From Bryobacterales bacterium (GTDB lineage: Bacteria; Acidobacteriota; Terriglobia; Bryobacterales; UBA6623), in the NCBI GenBank assembly GCA_965247305.1, contig OZ252030.1, positions 189,262-253,261 of the forward strand: a stretch of 64,000 bases of DNA, read 5' to 3'. A program made the position numbers and the translations under genes. Shown here one piece after another: positions 9,340-17,716 of the stretch. The first letter of the stretch is position 1. Each line of letters starts with the position of its first letter. The notes beneath the pieces are model-generated. The model saw only the letters and a program-made list of their open reading frames with translations. It ran no database searches and was not told where the DNA came from.

Positions 9340-10533
9340 TTGGACTCTGACCACAAACAGCGCACCGGACTATCAACGGCGGTCGCAATCGCGGTGGTCA
9401 TCGTTATCTGTTGGTCACCATTTTTCTCCGGCGGATTTAAGTACGTCATCAAGCAGGACTTCATCGGATTCTATGTAGCCGCCACGATGGCCCTCGAAGG
9501 CGAACTCTCGCAACTACACGACCCGGCGGTATTCTCAGCCCGTGAACAAGCACTCGGCAGAACCGACCTTCTACCATTTGCCAGGCCACATTTTTACGCG
9601 ACGCTACTTAGCCCGGCAGGGCTGCTCGATTTTCCCTACCCGGCCTTTGCGGCCTGGGTCATCGCATTCTCGCTGCTGTTGATCGCAACGGTCGTCTTGG
9701 CCGTGCGTCGATGGGGGCCCGACGCAATGCTGATGACAGCGTTCTCCGGCGCCGCGATGAGCATCTTTATCGGACACGAAACGGTGTTCTTGCTTCTGGC
9801 GTTAACCGTCTCTTATTTACTTGCGGAGCGAGGCCGGCATTTCGCGGCGGGAGCTGCGTTGGCCCTGGTGCTTGCCAAGTTCCACCTACTGATGCTGTTC
9901 CCTGTCTTGCTGATTACACAGAAACGGTTTCGATTGTTCGGCGGCTTCTGCGTAACTGGGTTGGCACTGGCGGCTCTGTCGGCATGGCTGGGAGGCTGGG
10001 AGGGCGTCGGCAACTACGTGGACCTCTTACTTTCGAATAACGAAATTGAGTATTGGCACCCCGAGGCCGACCGCATGCCCAATCTCTGGAGCATGCCGCT
10101 TTCATGGGGCTTGCCCGAGGCAGCGCATCTGCCGTTCAGCGTCGTCGCCTGTGTTCTCGCCGTGGCGGCAGTTTTGCGGGCCTCGGGCAGCGAGCTTTGG
10201 CGCCTCTACGCGCTAGGCACGGCGGGAAGTTTACTAGTCGCCCCATATACCTGGTGGTACGACTTTACCTTGATGTTGTTGCCGGTTTGGCTGATCTATC
10301 AGTACTCGCGAAATCGCGTCTCGCGTATAGCTGCTGTCGTGATCGCCAGCCCCGTGCCCTTCGCGCTTTCGATCACTGACTCTCCTGTAGCTGCTTCCCT
10401 CGAGACGGTGCTGCTACTCGTGCTCGTTGCTGCTGAGTGCTTCGACAGCTTCGTCGGGCCGCGGCAAGCCGCTTCGGAACGGGCCGGCGCTAGTCCTCAG
10501 CCGGAGCCGGCAGGGTCAGAGGGCAGCACCTAG
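9340..10533 (+). CDS. polytopic membrane protein, GT87/DUF2029-like (tentative)
   Basis: 397-aa ORF with a TTG start that is uncertain. It has about 9-10 hydrophobic spans. The N-terminal pattern QDFIGFYVAATMALEG resembles DUF2029 glycosyltransferases (from memory). Confidence 0.55.
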   Translation: MDSDHKQRTGLSTAVAIAVVIVICWSPFFSGGFKYVIKQDFIGFYVAATMALEGELSQLHDPAVFSAREQALGRTDLLPFARPHFYATLLSPAGLLDFPYPAFAAWVIAFSLLLIATVVLAVRRWGPDAMLMTAFSGAAMSIFIGHETVFLLLALTVSYLLAERGRHFAAGAALALVLAKFHLLMLFPVLLITQKRFRLFGGFCVTGLALAALSAWLGGWEGVGNYVDLLLSNNEIEYWHPEADRMPNLWSMPLSWGLPEAAHLPFSVVACVLAVAAVLRASGSELWRLYALGTAGSLLVAPYTWWYDFTLMLLPVWLIYQYSRNRVSRIAAVVIASPVPFALSITDSPVAASLETVLLLVLVAAECFDSFVGPRQAASERAGASPQPEPAGSEGST

Positions 10534-10634
10534 AATGGCGGGCTGACAGACCTGGCGCATGGTATCTTATTCTTGGAAAACCTCCGTCTAATCCGTGTCG
10601 GCGGATACGGTTCTATCTCCAACTGAATCCCATA

Positions 10635-11480
10635 ATGAAATCAATATTAGTTGTAAGCGCCGTCGCGCTCACGCTCACAGCAGGCAGCGTCACAGGCCTC
10701 GCGCAATCGGATTTCGAACCCGCCCGCTTGGCCAACGGAAAACCCGACTTCAACGGGATTTGGCAGGCGCTGAACACCGCCAACTACGACCTCGAACGGC
10801 ATATGGCAAGGGCGTCGCTGCAGCTGCGCGAAGGCCCCCATAGCGCGCTTCCCGACGTCCCGCTGTTGCGGCTTGGAGCAGTTGGCGCCGTACCTGGCGG
10901 CATGGGTGTTGTCGAGGGCGGCAAGATCCCGTACAACCCCGAAGCCGCCGCCAAGCGCGAAGAAAACCGCAAGAATTGGATTGACCGCGACCCCGAAATT
11001 AAGTGCTACATGCCCGGCGTGCCGCGCGCGACGTACATGCCTTTTCCGTTTCAGATTTTTCACAACGAGAATTCGATTTTCGTTGCCTATGAGTTTGCCG
11101 GCGCGACGAGAGAAATCTATCTCAAAGACGTTGGACCTGCCGAGACGGATGCCTGGATGGGCCAATCCGTGGGCCATTGGGATGGCGACACGCTGGTGGT
11201 CGACGTTTCGGGTTTGCACGACGGCTCATGGCTCGATCGCTCGGGCACGCATCACAGCTACAAGATGAAGGTGACTGAGCGCTACACGCTCGTCGGCGAG
11301 AACCACATTCAATACGAAGCAACCATCGAAGACCCTGAAGTCTTCACAAGGCCCTGGAAAATCAGCATGCCGCTCTACCGCCGCATGGAAACAGATGCGC
11401 GGCTGATGGACTTCAAATGCGTTGAGTTCGTCGAAGAACTCATCTATGGCGAGTATCGCCGCAAACCGTTGGAGCGATAG
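10635..11480 (+). CDS. uncharacterised secreted protein, short diverged member of paralog family (P1)
   Basis: Signal peptide MKSILVVSAVALTLTAGSVTGLA. It shares the blocks GKPDFNGIW, KCYMPGVP, MGQSVGHWDGDTLVVDVSG, EDPEVFTRPW and FKCVEF with the next three genes. Confidence 0.8.
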   Translation: MKSILVVSAVALTLTAGSVTGLAQSDFEPARLANGKPDFNGIWQALNTANYDLERHMARASLQLREGPHSALPDVPLLRLGAVGAVPGGMGVVEGGKIPYNPEAAAKREENRKNWIDRDPEIKCYMPGVPRATYMPFPFQIFHNENSIFVAYEFAGATREIYLKDVGPAETDAWMGQSVGHWDGDTLVVDVSGLHDGSWLDRSGTHHSYKMKVTERYTLVGENHIQYEATIEDPEVFTRPWKISMPLYRRMETDARLMDFKCVEFVEELIYGEYRRKPLER

Positions 11481-11496
11481 GCAAGGGAGGACCCTT

Positions 11497-12579
11497 ATGA
11501 CCGCTCGATTGTTGGCCGTTGTAGGCGTTCTCACGATCGGCGTCGGCACGTTGGTAGGCGCGGATATCCCGCGCACGGCCGACGGCCACCCGGACCTCTC
11601 CGGCACCTACAACGTCGCCACCCGCACTCCACTGGAGCGACCTAAAGCCCTCGGAGACAAGCTTACCCTCACGAACGAAGAGGCCCAAGCGATCGCCAGA
11701 AAAGAGGCGGAGCTGGCGGCAAAAGCCGACGTCGCTTCGAATCCTGATCGGTCCGCGCCGAAAGTTGGCGGATCGGGCTTCGCGGGCGAGATTGAAGTCC
11801 CCGAGCTTGATTTCGCGGCCGGCGAAGTGGGCGGATACAACTGGTTTTGGATCGACCGCGGCGAGGGCGCCTTCCAGATTGATGGAACCTGGCGCACCTC
11901 GATCATCACCGACCCGCCCAACGGACGCAGGCCTGCGCTCACGGACAAGGCCAAGCAGCGAGCCGCGGCACGCGCCAAGCTCTTCAAACCAAATACGGGC
12001 ACAGCGTGGTGGATCAAAGACGGGCTTGACCCCGGCCCATACGACAACCCGGAGATGCGGCCGCTCGCCGAGCGCTGCTTGCTTGGCTTCGGCTCCACCA
12101 GCGGCCCGCCAATGCTGCCGGTGCTCTACAACAACCTCAAGCGAATCGTGCAGACCAAAGACAACATCATGATTCTTGTGGAAATGGTCCATGACGCGCG
12201 TATCGTTCGCATGAATGCCGAACACGCCCCGGACGACGTCCGCAAGTGGATGGGGGACTCCGTCGGCCATTGGGATGGCGACACCCTCGTCGTCGACACG
12301 ACGAACTTTACCGACCAGCCCGCGCTAGGGAGCGCCTCGAAAAACCTACACGTCGTTGAGCGGTTCACGCGCATCGATGCCGATACGCTGATCTACAAAT
12401 TCACGGTCGAAGATCCAACCGTCTGGGCCGCACCCTGGACCGGCGAGTACGTCTGGCCAACAAGCGACCAGCGGGTATACGAGTACGCCTGCCACGAGGG
12501 GAACTACTCATTCCAGGGCATCCTGCGCGGTGCGAGGGTTCTCGAATCCGACGTGGTCGGCAAGACCGACGACGAATGA
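11497..12579 (+). CDS. uncharacterised secreted protein, paralog P2
   Basis: ATG at 11497 preceded by AAGGGAGG. Signal peptide MTARLLAVVGVLTIGVGTLVGA. Motifs DGHPDLSGTY, ERCLLGFGSTSGPPMLPVLYNN, VGHWDGDTLVVDTTNF and YEYACHEGNYS. Confidence 0.85.
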   Translation: MTARLLAVVGVLTIGVGTLVGADIPRTADGHPDLSGTYNVATRTPLERPKALGDKLTLTNEEAQAIARKEAELAAKADVASNPDRSAPKVGGSGFAGEIEVPELDFAAGEVGGYNWFWIDRGEGAFQIDGTWRTSIITDPPNGRRPALTDKAKQRAAARAKLFKPNTGTAWWIKDGLDPGPYDNPEMRPLAERCLLGFGSTSGPPMLPVLYNNLKRIVQTKDNIMILVEMVHDARIVRMNAEHAPDDVRKWMGDSVGHWDGDTLVVDTTNFTDQPALGSASKNLHVVERFTRIDADTLIYKFTVEDPTVWAAPWTGEYVWPTSDQRVYEYACHEGNYSFQGILRGARVLESDVVGKTDDE

Positions 12580-12589
12580 GGAGAGTCGC

Positions 12590-13645
12590 ATGATCTATAG
12601 ATTTGCCGTTGTCCAATTCGCGATCGCATTCGTCGCCGGCACACTCATAGCCGCCGACAATCCGCGCCAGGCCGACGGTCACCCAGACCTCTCCGGCACT
12701 TACGACATCGCCAGTCTTACACCGCTACAGAGGCCCGCGAAATTCGGCAACAGACTCACCCTGTCCGACGAAGAAGCGGCCGAAATCGCGCAGGCGGAAG
12801 TTGAGTTCATGAAAAAGAGCGACGCCGCATCGAACCCCGAAAGGGGAGCGCCGCCCGCGGGCGGAGACGGAACCACAGGCGGAAAAGGGAACGTCGGCGG
12901 CTACAACTCGCTGTGGTACGGCCGCGGAACAGGCGCGGTGAAAGTGGACGGCCAGTGGCGTACTTCGATCATCATCGACCCGCCCAACGGACAGCGCCCG
13001 CCGATGACCGTCGCTGCACAAAAAAGGGCGGCCGAGCGTGCCCGGCGTTCAAAGAAAAACAACGGCAAAGCCTGGTGGATCGACGCCAAACTCGACCCCG
13101 GCCCCTATGATGACCCCGAGCTACGCCCACTAGCCGAGCGCTGCCTGTTAGGCTTCGGCTCGACCGGTGGCCCGCCAATTTTGCCCGTCCTCTACAACAA
13201 CCTAAAGCGGGTCATTCAGACCAAAAACCACATCATGATCATGGTTGAGATGGTCCACGACGCACGCATCATTCGCATGAACGCCGAGCACGCAGCGCCC
13301 GACGTCCGCAAGTGGCTAGGCGACTCTGTGGGCCATTGGGAAGGCGACACGCTTGTCGTCGATACCACCAACTTCAGCGACACACCGGCTCTCTCGAATG
13401 CATCGCGGAATCTGCACGTGGTCGAACGCTTCAAGCGCATCGACAACGACACGTTGCTCTACAAATTCACGATTGAAGATCCCACCGTATGGACCGCGCC
13501 ATGGACAGGCGAATACACTTGGCCCGCTAGCGATCAGCGCCTCTACGAGTACGCCTGCCACGAGGGCAACTACTCGTTCAGAGGAATTCTCAACGGTGCA
13601 AGAGTTCTAGAGGCGGATGCGCTGGCCAAGACAGACGGCGAATAA
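12590..13645 (+). CDS. uncharacterised secreted protein, paralog P3
   Basis: ATG at 12590 preceded by GAGGAG. Signal peptide MIYRFAVVQFAIAFVAGTLIAA. Same motif set as P2 and P4. Confidence 0.85.
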   Translation: MIYRFAVVQFAIAFVAGTLIAADNPRQADGHPDLSGTYDIASLTPLQRPAKFGNRLTLSDEEAAEIAQAEVEFMKKSDAASNPERGAPPAGGDGTTGGKGNVGGYNSLWYGRGTGAVKVDGQWRTSIIIDPPNGQRPPMTVAAQKRAAERARRSKKNNGKAWWIDAKLDPGPYDDPELRPLAERCLLGFGSTGGPPILPVLYNNLKRVIQTKNHIMIMVEMVHDARIIRMNAEHAAPDVRKWLGDSVGHWEGDTLVVDTTNFSDTPALSNASRNLHVVERFKRIDNDTLLYKFTIEDPTVWTAPWTGEYTWPASDQRLYEYACHEGNYSFRGILNGARVLEADALAKTDGE

Positions 13646-13708
13646 CGGTTTATGATGATGTTGACTACCGTTGCAGCCGGCTGGATACAGGGCTGAAGGA
13701 GATACGCT

Positions 13709-14788
13709 ATGCAGCGTCGCACTTCCGTAATTCTTGCTGTTCTTGTGATCATCTCGGGTATCGGCGCGCTGGCTGCCGCGGATATTCCGCGTACGGTGGA
13801 CGGACACCCGGATCTCTCGGGCACGTACGACATTGCCACCTTGACACCGCTACAGCGCCCGAAGCAGTACGGAGATAAGCTGACGCTGACCGACGAAGAG
13901 GCGCAACAGATCGCCCGCAAAGAGGCGGAGCGCAATGCAAGCCGCAATGCAGCGACGGACCCGAACCGCGAAGCCCCACCGGCGGGCGGAGACGGCTCAG
14001 AAGGCGCGGCTGGCAACGTCGGCGGCTACAACACATTCTGGATCGACCGCGGCAACGGCGCATTCAAAGTCGACGGCACTTGGCGCACCTCGATCATCGT
14101 CGACCCGACGAACGGGCAGCGGCCCGCGATGACTGCCGCGGCCAAGAAGCGAGCTAAAGAGCGCGCTGAGATCTTCCGCTCGAATGTCGGCAAGAACATG
14201 AACAAGGGCAGGGCGTGGTGGATCGACGAGAAACTTCCTGTAGGCCCCTACGATGATCCGGAACTACGCCCGCTGGCTGAGCGCTGCCTGCTGGGGTTCG
14301 GCTCGACAAGCGGCCCTCCGATGCTTCCGGTTCTCTATAACAATCTCAAACGCATCGTGCAGACCAAAGATCACGTTATGATCTTCGTCGAGATGGTTCA
14401 CGACGCGCGCATCGTTCGCATGAATGCCGAACACGCCCCGTCGGATGTCCGCAAATGGATGGGCGATTCGGTTGGACACTGGGATGGCGACACGCTCGTA
14501 GTCGACACAACCAACTTTGACGACAGGCCCGCACTGAATGGAGCGACGAAAGACCTGCATGTCGTAGAGCGCTTTACGCGCATCGACAAAGACACGTTGC
14601 TCTACCGCTTCACCGTCGAAGACCCCAACGTTTGGACCAAGCCTTGGACTGGCGAGTACACCTGGCCGGCAAGCGAAAACCGTGTTTATGAATACGCCTG
14701 TCACGAGGGCAACTATTCGTTCGGCGGAATCCTACGCGGCGCGCGCATTCTCGAATCTGACATCCTCGGTAAATCCGACGACGAATAG
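13709..14788 (+). CDS. uncharacterised secreted protein, paralog P4
   Basis: ATG preceded by GAAGGAG. Signal peptide MQRRTSVILAVLVIISGIGALAA. The C-terminal half is nearly identical in protein sequence to P2. Confidence 0.85.
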   Translation: MQRRTSVILAVLVIISGIGALAAADIPRTVDGHPDLSGTYDIATLTPLQRPKQYGDKLTLTDEEAQQIARKEAERNASRNAATDPNREAPPAGGDGSEGAAGNVGGYNTFWIDRGNGAFKVDGTWRTSIIVDPTNGQRPAMTAAAKKRAKERAEIFRSNVGKNMNKGRAWWIDEKLPVGPYDDPELRPLAERCLLGFGSTSGPPMLPVLYNNLKRIVQTKDHVMIFVEMVHDARIVRMNAEHAPSDVRKWMGDSVGHWDGDTLVVDTTNFDDRPALNGATKDLHVVERFTRIDKDTLLYRFTVEDPNVWTKPWTGEYTWPASENRVYEYACHEGNYSFGGILRGARILESDILGKSDDE

Positions 14789-14802
14789 CAATTACCGGTA
14801 AA

Positions 14803-15273
14803 ATGGGAATGGTGAATTCTATGGGCATCAAATCACTTATTCGGATCACGGCGGCAGTCCTTCTCTCAGGCCTTGTGGCGGTCGGCATATTTGTGCTGGC
14901 GCAAGCCCCGGCTGAAGCTCATCACGCCTTTGGAGCCGAGTTCGACCCGCGGGCGCCTGTGCTTCTGAAAGGGCCGGTTGTGAAAGTCGAATGGGTCAAC
15001 CCACACACATGGATCCACATGGAAATCACGAACGACGAGGGCAAGAAAGAAATCTGGATGGTCGAAGGCGGCACTCCGAACAGCCTGCTGCGTCGTGGCC
15101 TCAAGCGTGACACCATCACTCCAGGCTCGATAATCATCGTCGATGGCTACCGGGCGAAAGACCGCTCGGATCGCGCCAACGGCCGCGATGTCACCTTTGA
15201 AGACGGTAGAAAGTTCTTCATGGGCTCGTCGGGTACAGGCGCACCATACGACAAAGAACGGCGAGGGCAGTAA
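14803..15273 (+). CDS. small secreted protein, DUF6152-like (tentative)
   Basis: The signal peptide ends ...LAQAPAEA and is followed by HHAFGAEFD. The mature part is a roughly 110-aa beta-rich domain. It starts 15 nt after P4. The family name is from memory. Confidence 0.7.
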   Translation: MGMVNSMGIKSLIRITAAVLLSGLVAVGIFVLAQAPAEAHHAFGAEFDPRAPVLLKGPVVKVEWVNPHTWIHMEITNDEGKKEIWMVEGGTPNSLLRRGLKRDTITPGSIIIVDGYRAKDRSDRANGRDVTFEDGRKFFMGSSGTGAPYDKERRGQ

Positions 15274-15347
15274 AGGCTCAAACGCGACTGATTGCGTAGC
15301 AGACCGGCACGTTTTACTCGCCGTGAGATGGTGAGAAATGCGGGCGA

Positions 15348-15645
15348 GCTAGAGCAATTTTGCTGATGCCATAGACCGTTCTTGAATAAAAAGCGGTGAA
15401 GCTGGCAATTTCTGGAGACTAGATTCCGCTGTCCAAAATCGGAGGCGCGACTGTAAAGGAGTGCGGTGGCGAAGGGTGAACTGGGAAAGAGGAGTCGGGC
15501 CCTGTTGAGGAATGATCAGCAGGTCCCAACTCAGCGTATTCCAGAAAGCTGCTCCGCAACCGCACTCCTTTACAGACGCGCCTCCGATTTTCACGGGCTC
15601 GGTGCTGCGGCAAGCAGTCTAGGCCATTCCTGAAAATGCTCTAGC
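15348..15645. repeat. ~300-bp imperfect palindromic intergenic element (family 1, intact copy)
   Basis: Termini GCTAGAGCAATTTT... and ...GAAAATGCTCTAGC are inverted. There is an inner 33-bp inverted repeat (15435-15467 vs 15559-15591, 1 mismatch). About 90 bp (15370-15460) closely match 35945-36030. Confidence 0.85.
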
Positions 15646-16159
15646 TCACGAAATCTCTAGCGCTGAATGTGGGCGACGCGTTATAGGCGGACGGGCGCTG
15701 CGTTTGAGATGCAGCAGTCCAAAAAGCCCATAGGGCGACGAGGATGAGGACTGCGGCAGCAGGTATCGCCCATCTGGGCATTCGGCCGAGAGGTGTCGGG
15801 GTAGTCGGCACTTGAATCTTGTCCGCACCGTCAACTTCCGCCATGAATCTGTATCCAACATCGGGCACGGTTTCGATGAAGCGCGGCTCTCTTGGGTGGT
15901 CGTTGAGCGCCTCGCGTATTCGTTTGATGGACTGATTGAGACTTTCTTCAAAGTCGACTGAGGCGTCCGCACCCCACAGCCGATCGCGAAGCTCCTCGCG
16001 AGTGACGACTCGGCCCGGACGATGCAACAAGACTAAGAGGGCATCCATCGGCCTCTCACCCAGGGGCACGGCGGTACCAGATTTTCGAAGTTCTAGGCTA
16101 TTGAGGTCGATCTCAAATGAGGAGAACCGAATCTGCGCCTGGTCGCCTTGAGTGTCCAT
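15641..16159 (-). CDS. membrane-anchored winged-helix (OmpR/CadC-type) transcriptional regulator, short form
   Basis: Trans_reg_C-like region: FEIDLNSLELRKSGTAVPLGERPMDALLVLL...VDFEESLNQSIKRIREAL...IETVPDVGYRF. One TM span (WAIPAAAVLILVALWAFW) follows, and then only about 24 aa. Confidence 0.8.
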   Translation of the reverse strand: MDTQGDQAQIRFSSFEIDLNSLELRKSGTAVPLGERPMDALLVLLHRPGRVVTREELRDRLWGADASVDFEESLNQSIKRIREALNDHPREPRFIETVPDVGYRFMAEVDGADKIQVPTTPTPLGRMPRWAIPAAAVLILVALWAFWTAASQTQRPSAYNASPTFSARDFVS

Positions 16160-16288
16160 CGGGGGTTCACGAACAGTTTAAGCTCAAAAGGCGGATTTGT
16201 CACCTGAATATTTGTCGCTGTCCCGAACTGAGCTCGCGACGTCCCGGCAGTTTGATACGTCTACGTTTTGATCTGTCGATGCCGCTGA

Positions 16289-17716
16289 CTATGCAACCAA
16301 CTCGCGGATCAACTCGCCGCCGGTTTGGCTTAGCTGCTTGTCACGGCCCTGGGCGAAGTAGGTTAATTTGGTGTCGTCCAACCCTAGTAGGTGCAGCAGC
16401 GTCACGTGAAGATTCTTGATCGGGTGCGCGGTTTCGACTGCCGATCGGCCGGTTTCGTCGGTGGCTCCCACAATCTTGCCTCTGGGGGCGCCGCCGCCGG
16501 CCATCCAGAAGGCCATCGCCGTGGCGTTGTGGTCGCGCCCCCAGGCCTTGTCGACGCCGCGGATGCCGTTGTCTGGCGAGCGGCCGAACTCGCCGGCACA
16601 GACGACTAGCGTCTCATCGAGCAGGCCCGTGCGTTTAAGGTCTTTGAGCAGCGCGGCGATGGGTTGGTCGACGGCATCCATCTTAGAACCGTGGGCTTTT
16701 TCAATGTAGTCGTGCGAGTCCCATCCACCGGACATGACCTGGACGAAACGAACGCCGCGCTCGACCAGGCGGCGGGCTAACAGGCAGCGTCGCCCAAGCG
16801 AAACGACATCGGCGTTTTCACTGTTGAGCCCGTAAAGTTCGCGCGTGGCCTCGGCCTCGGAATCGACGTCAATGGCGTCGGGCATTTCGGCTTGCATGCG
16901 GAATGCTAGCTCGTAGCTTTCGATACGTGCGGCTAGTTCGTCATGAGCGGGGTGACGCTCGAGGTGACGCTTGTTGAGTTCGCCGATGAAGTCAAGGTTG
17001 GCCCGCTGCTGTTCGTCGCTCACGTACTCGGGCGGATTCATGTCGAGAACGGGAGAGCCCTGGGCTCGCAACGGCGTGCCTTGAAAATATGCGGGTAGAA
17101 ATCCGTTCGACCAGTTGCCGGCGCCGCCCTGGGGATAGGCGAGGTCGGGGAGAACGATGAAGCCCGGCAGGTTTTGGTTCTCGGTGCCGAGGCCGTAAGT
17201 GACCCACGAGCCGATGGCCGGATCGCCGCCGAACCGGTTGCCGGTATTGAGGTGGTACAGCGCGGTGGGGTGGTTGACTGAGGTTGCTTGCAGTCCGCGA
17301 TAGAAACAGATGTCGTCGACGCAGTCGGCTAGGTTGCGGAATTTCTTGTTGATCTCGATGCCCAGTTGGCCGGCGCGCTGAAACTCGAACGGGCTGCGCA
17401 CGAAGTAGCGCTTGCCGGTGTTCATCGCGGCTTCAAACTTCGTTCGTTCTTTCGAGAACTCCGTCATGTGAAGCTCGGTGAGCTTGTGCTTAGGATCGAA
17501 TGTGTCGATGTGGCTAGGTCCGCCCTCCATCAACAGAAATATGCAATTTTTGGCCTTGGCCGCGTGATGGCCCTGCTTTGGCGAGAGCACACCCGCGCTG
17601 GCCTTTTCCTGCTGCAGCATCGCGGTCAGAGCGAGCGACCCGAGGCCCATACCGGAGTGGTACAGAAACTCGCGCCTAGACGGTTGCGCTGTGTGGACCT
17701 TGTTTCGTATGGGCAT
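16289..17716 (-). CDS. DUF1501 domain protein (sulfatase-fold, Tat signal)
   Basis: Tat-like N-terminus SRREFLYHSGMGLGSLAL with DUF1501-typical blocks. Its start overlaps the stop of the upstream gene (TGATG). Confidence 0.85.
   Translation of the reverse strand: MPIRNKVHTAQPSRREFLYHSGMGLGSLALTAMLQQEKASAGVLSPKQGHHAAKAKNCIFLLMEGGPSHIDTFDPKHKLTELHMTEFSKERTKFEAAMNTGKRYFVRSPFEFQRAGQLGIEINKKFRNLADCVDDICFYRGLQATSVNHPTALYHLNTGNRFGGDPAIGSWVTYGLGTENQNLPGFIVLPDLAYPQGGAGNWSNGFLPAYFQGTPLRAQGSPVLDMNPPEYVSDEQQRANLDFIGELNKRHLERHPAHDELAARIESYELAFRMQAEMPDAIDVDSEAEATRELYGLNSENADVVSLGRRCLLARRLVERGVRFVQVMSGGWDSHDYIEKAHGSKMDAVDQPIAALLKDLKRTGLLDETLVVCAGEFGRSPDNGIRGVDKAWGRDHNATAMAFWMAGGGAPRGKIVGATDETGRSAVETAHPIKNLHVTLLHLLGLDDTKLTYFAQGRDKQLSQTGGELIRELVA

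Noticed and set aside
15349-15613. 81-aa and 64-aa minus-strand ORFs inside the palindromic element.
   Set aside because: They lie wholly within an inverted-repeat element whose two arms force complementary pseudo-ORFs. There is no SD, and the homologous region at 35.9 kb does not conserve the frame.
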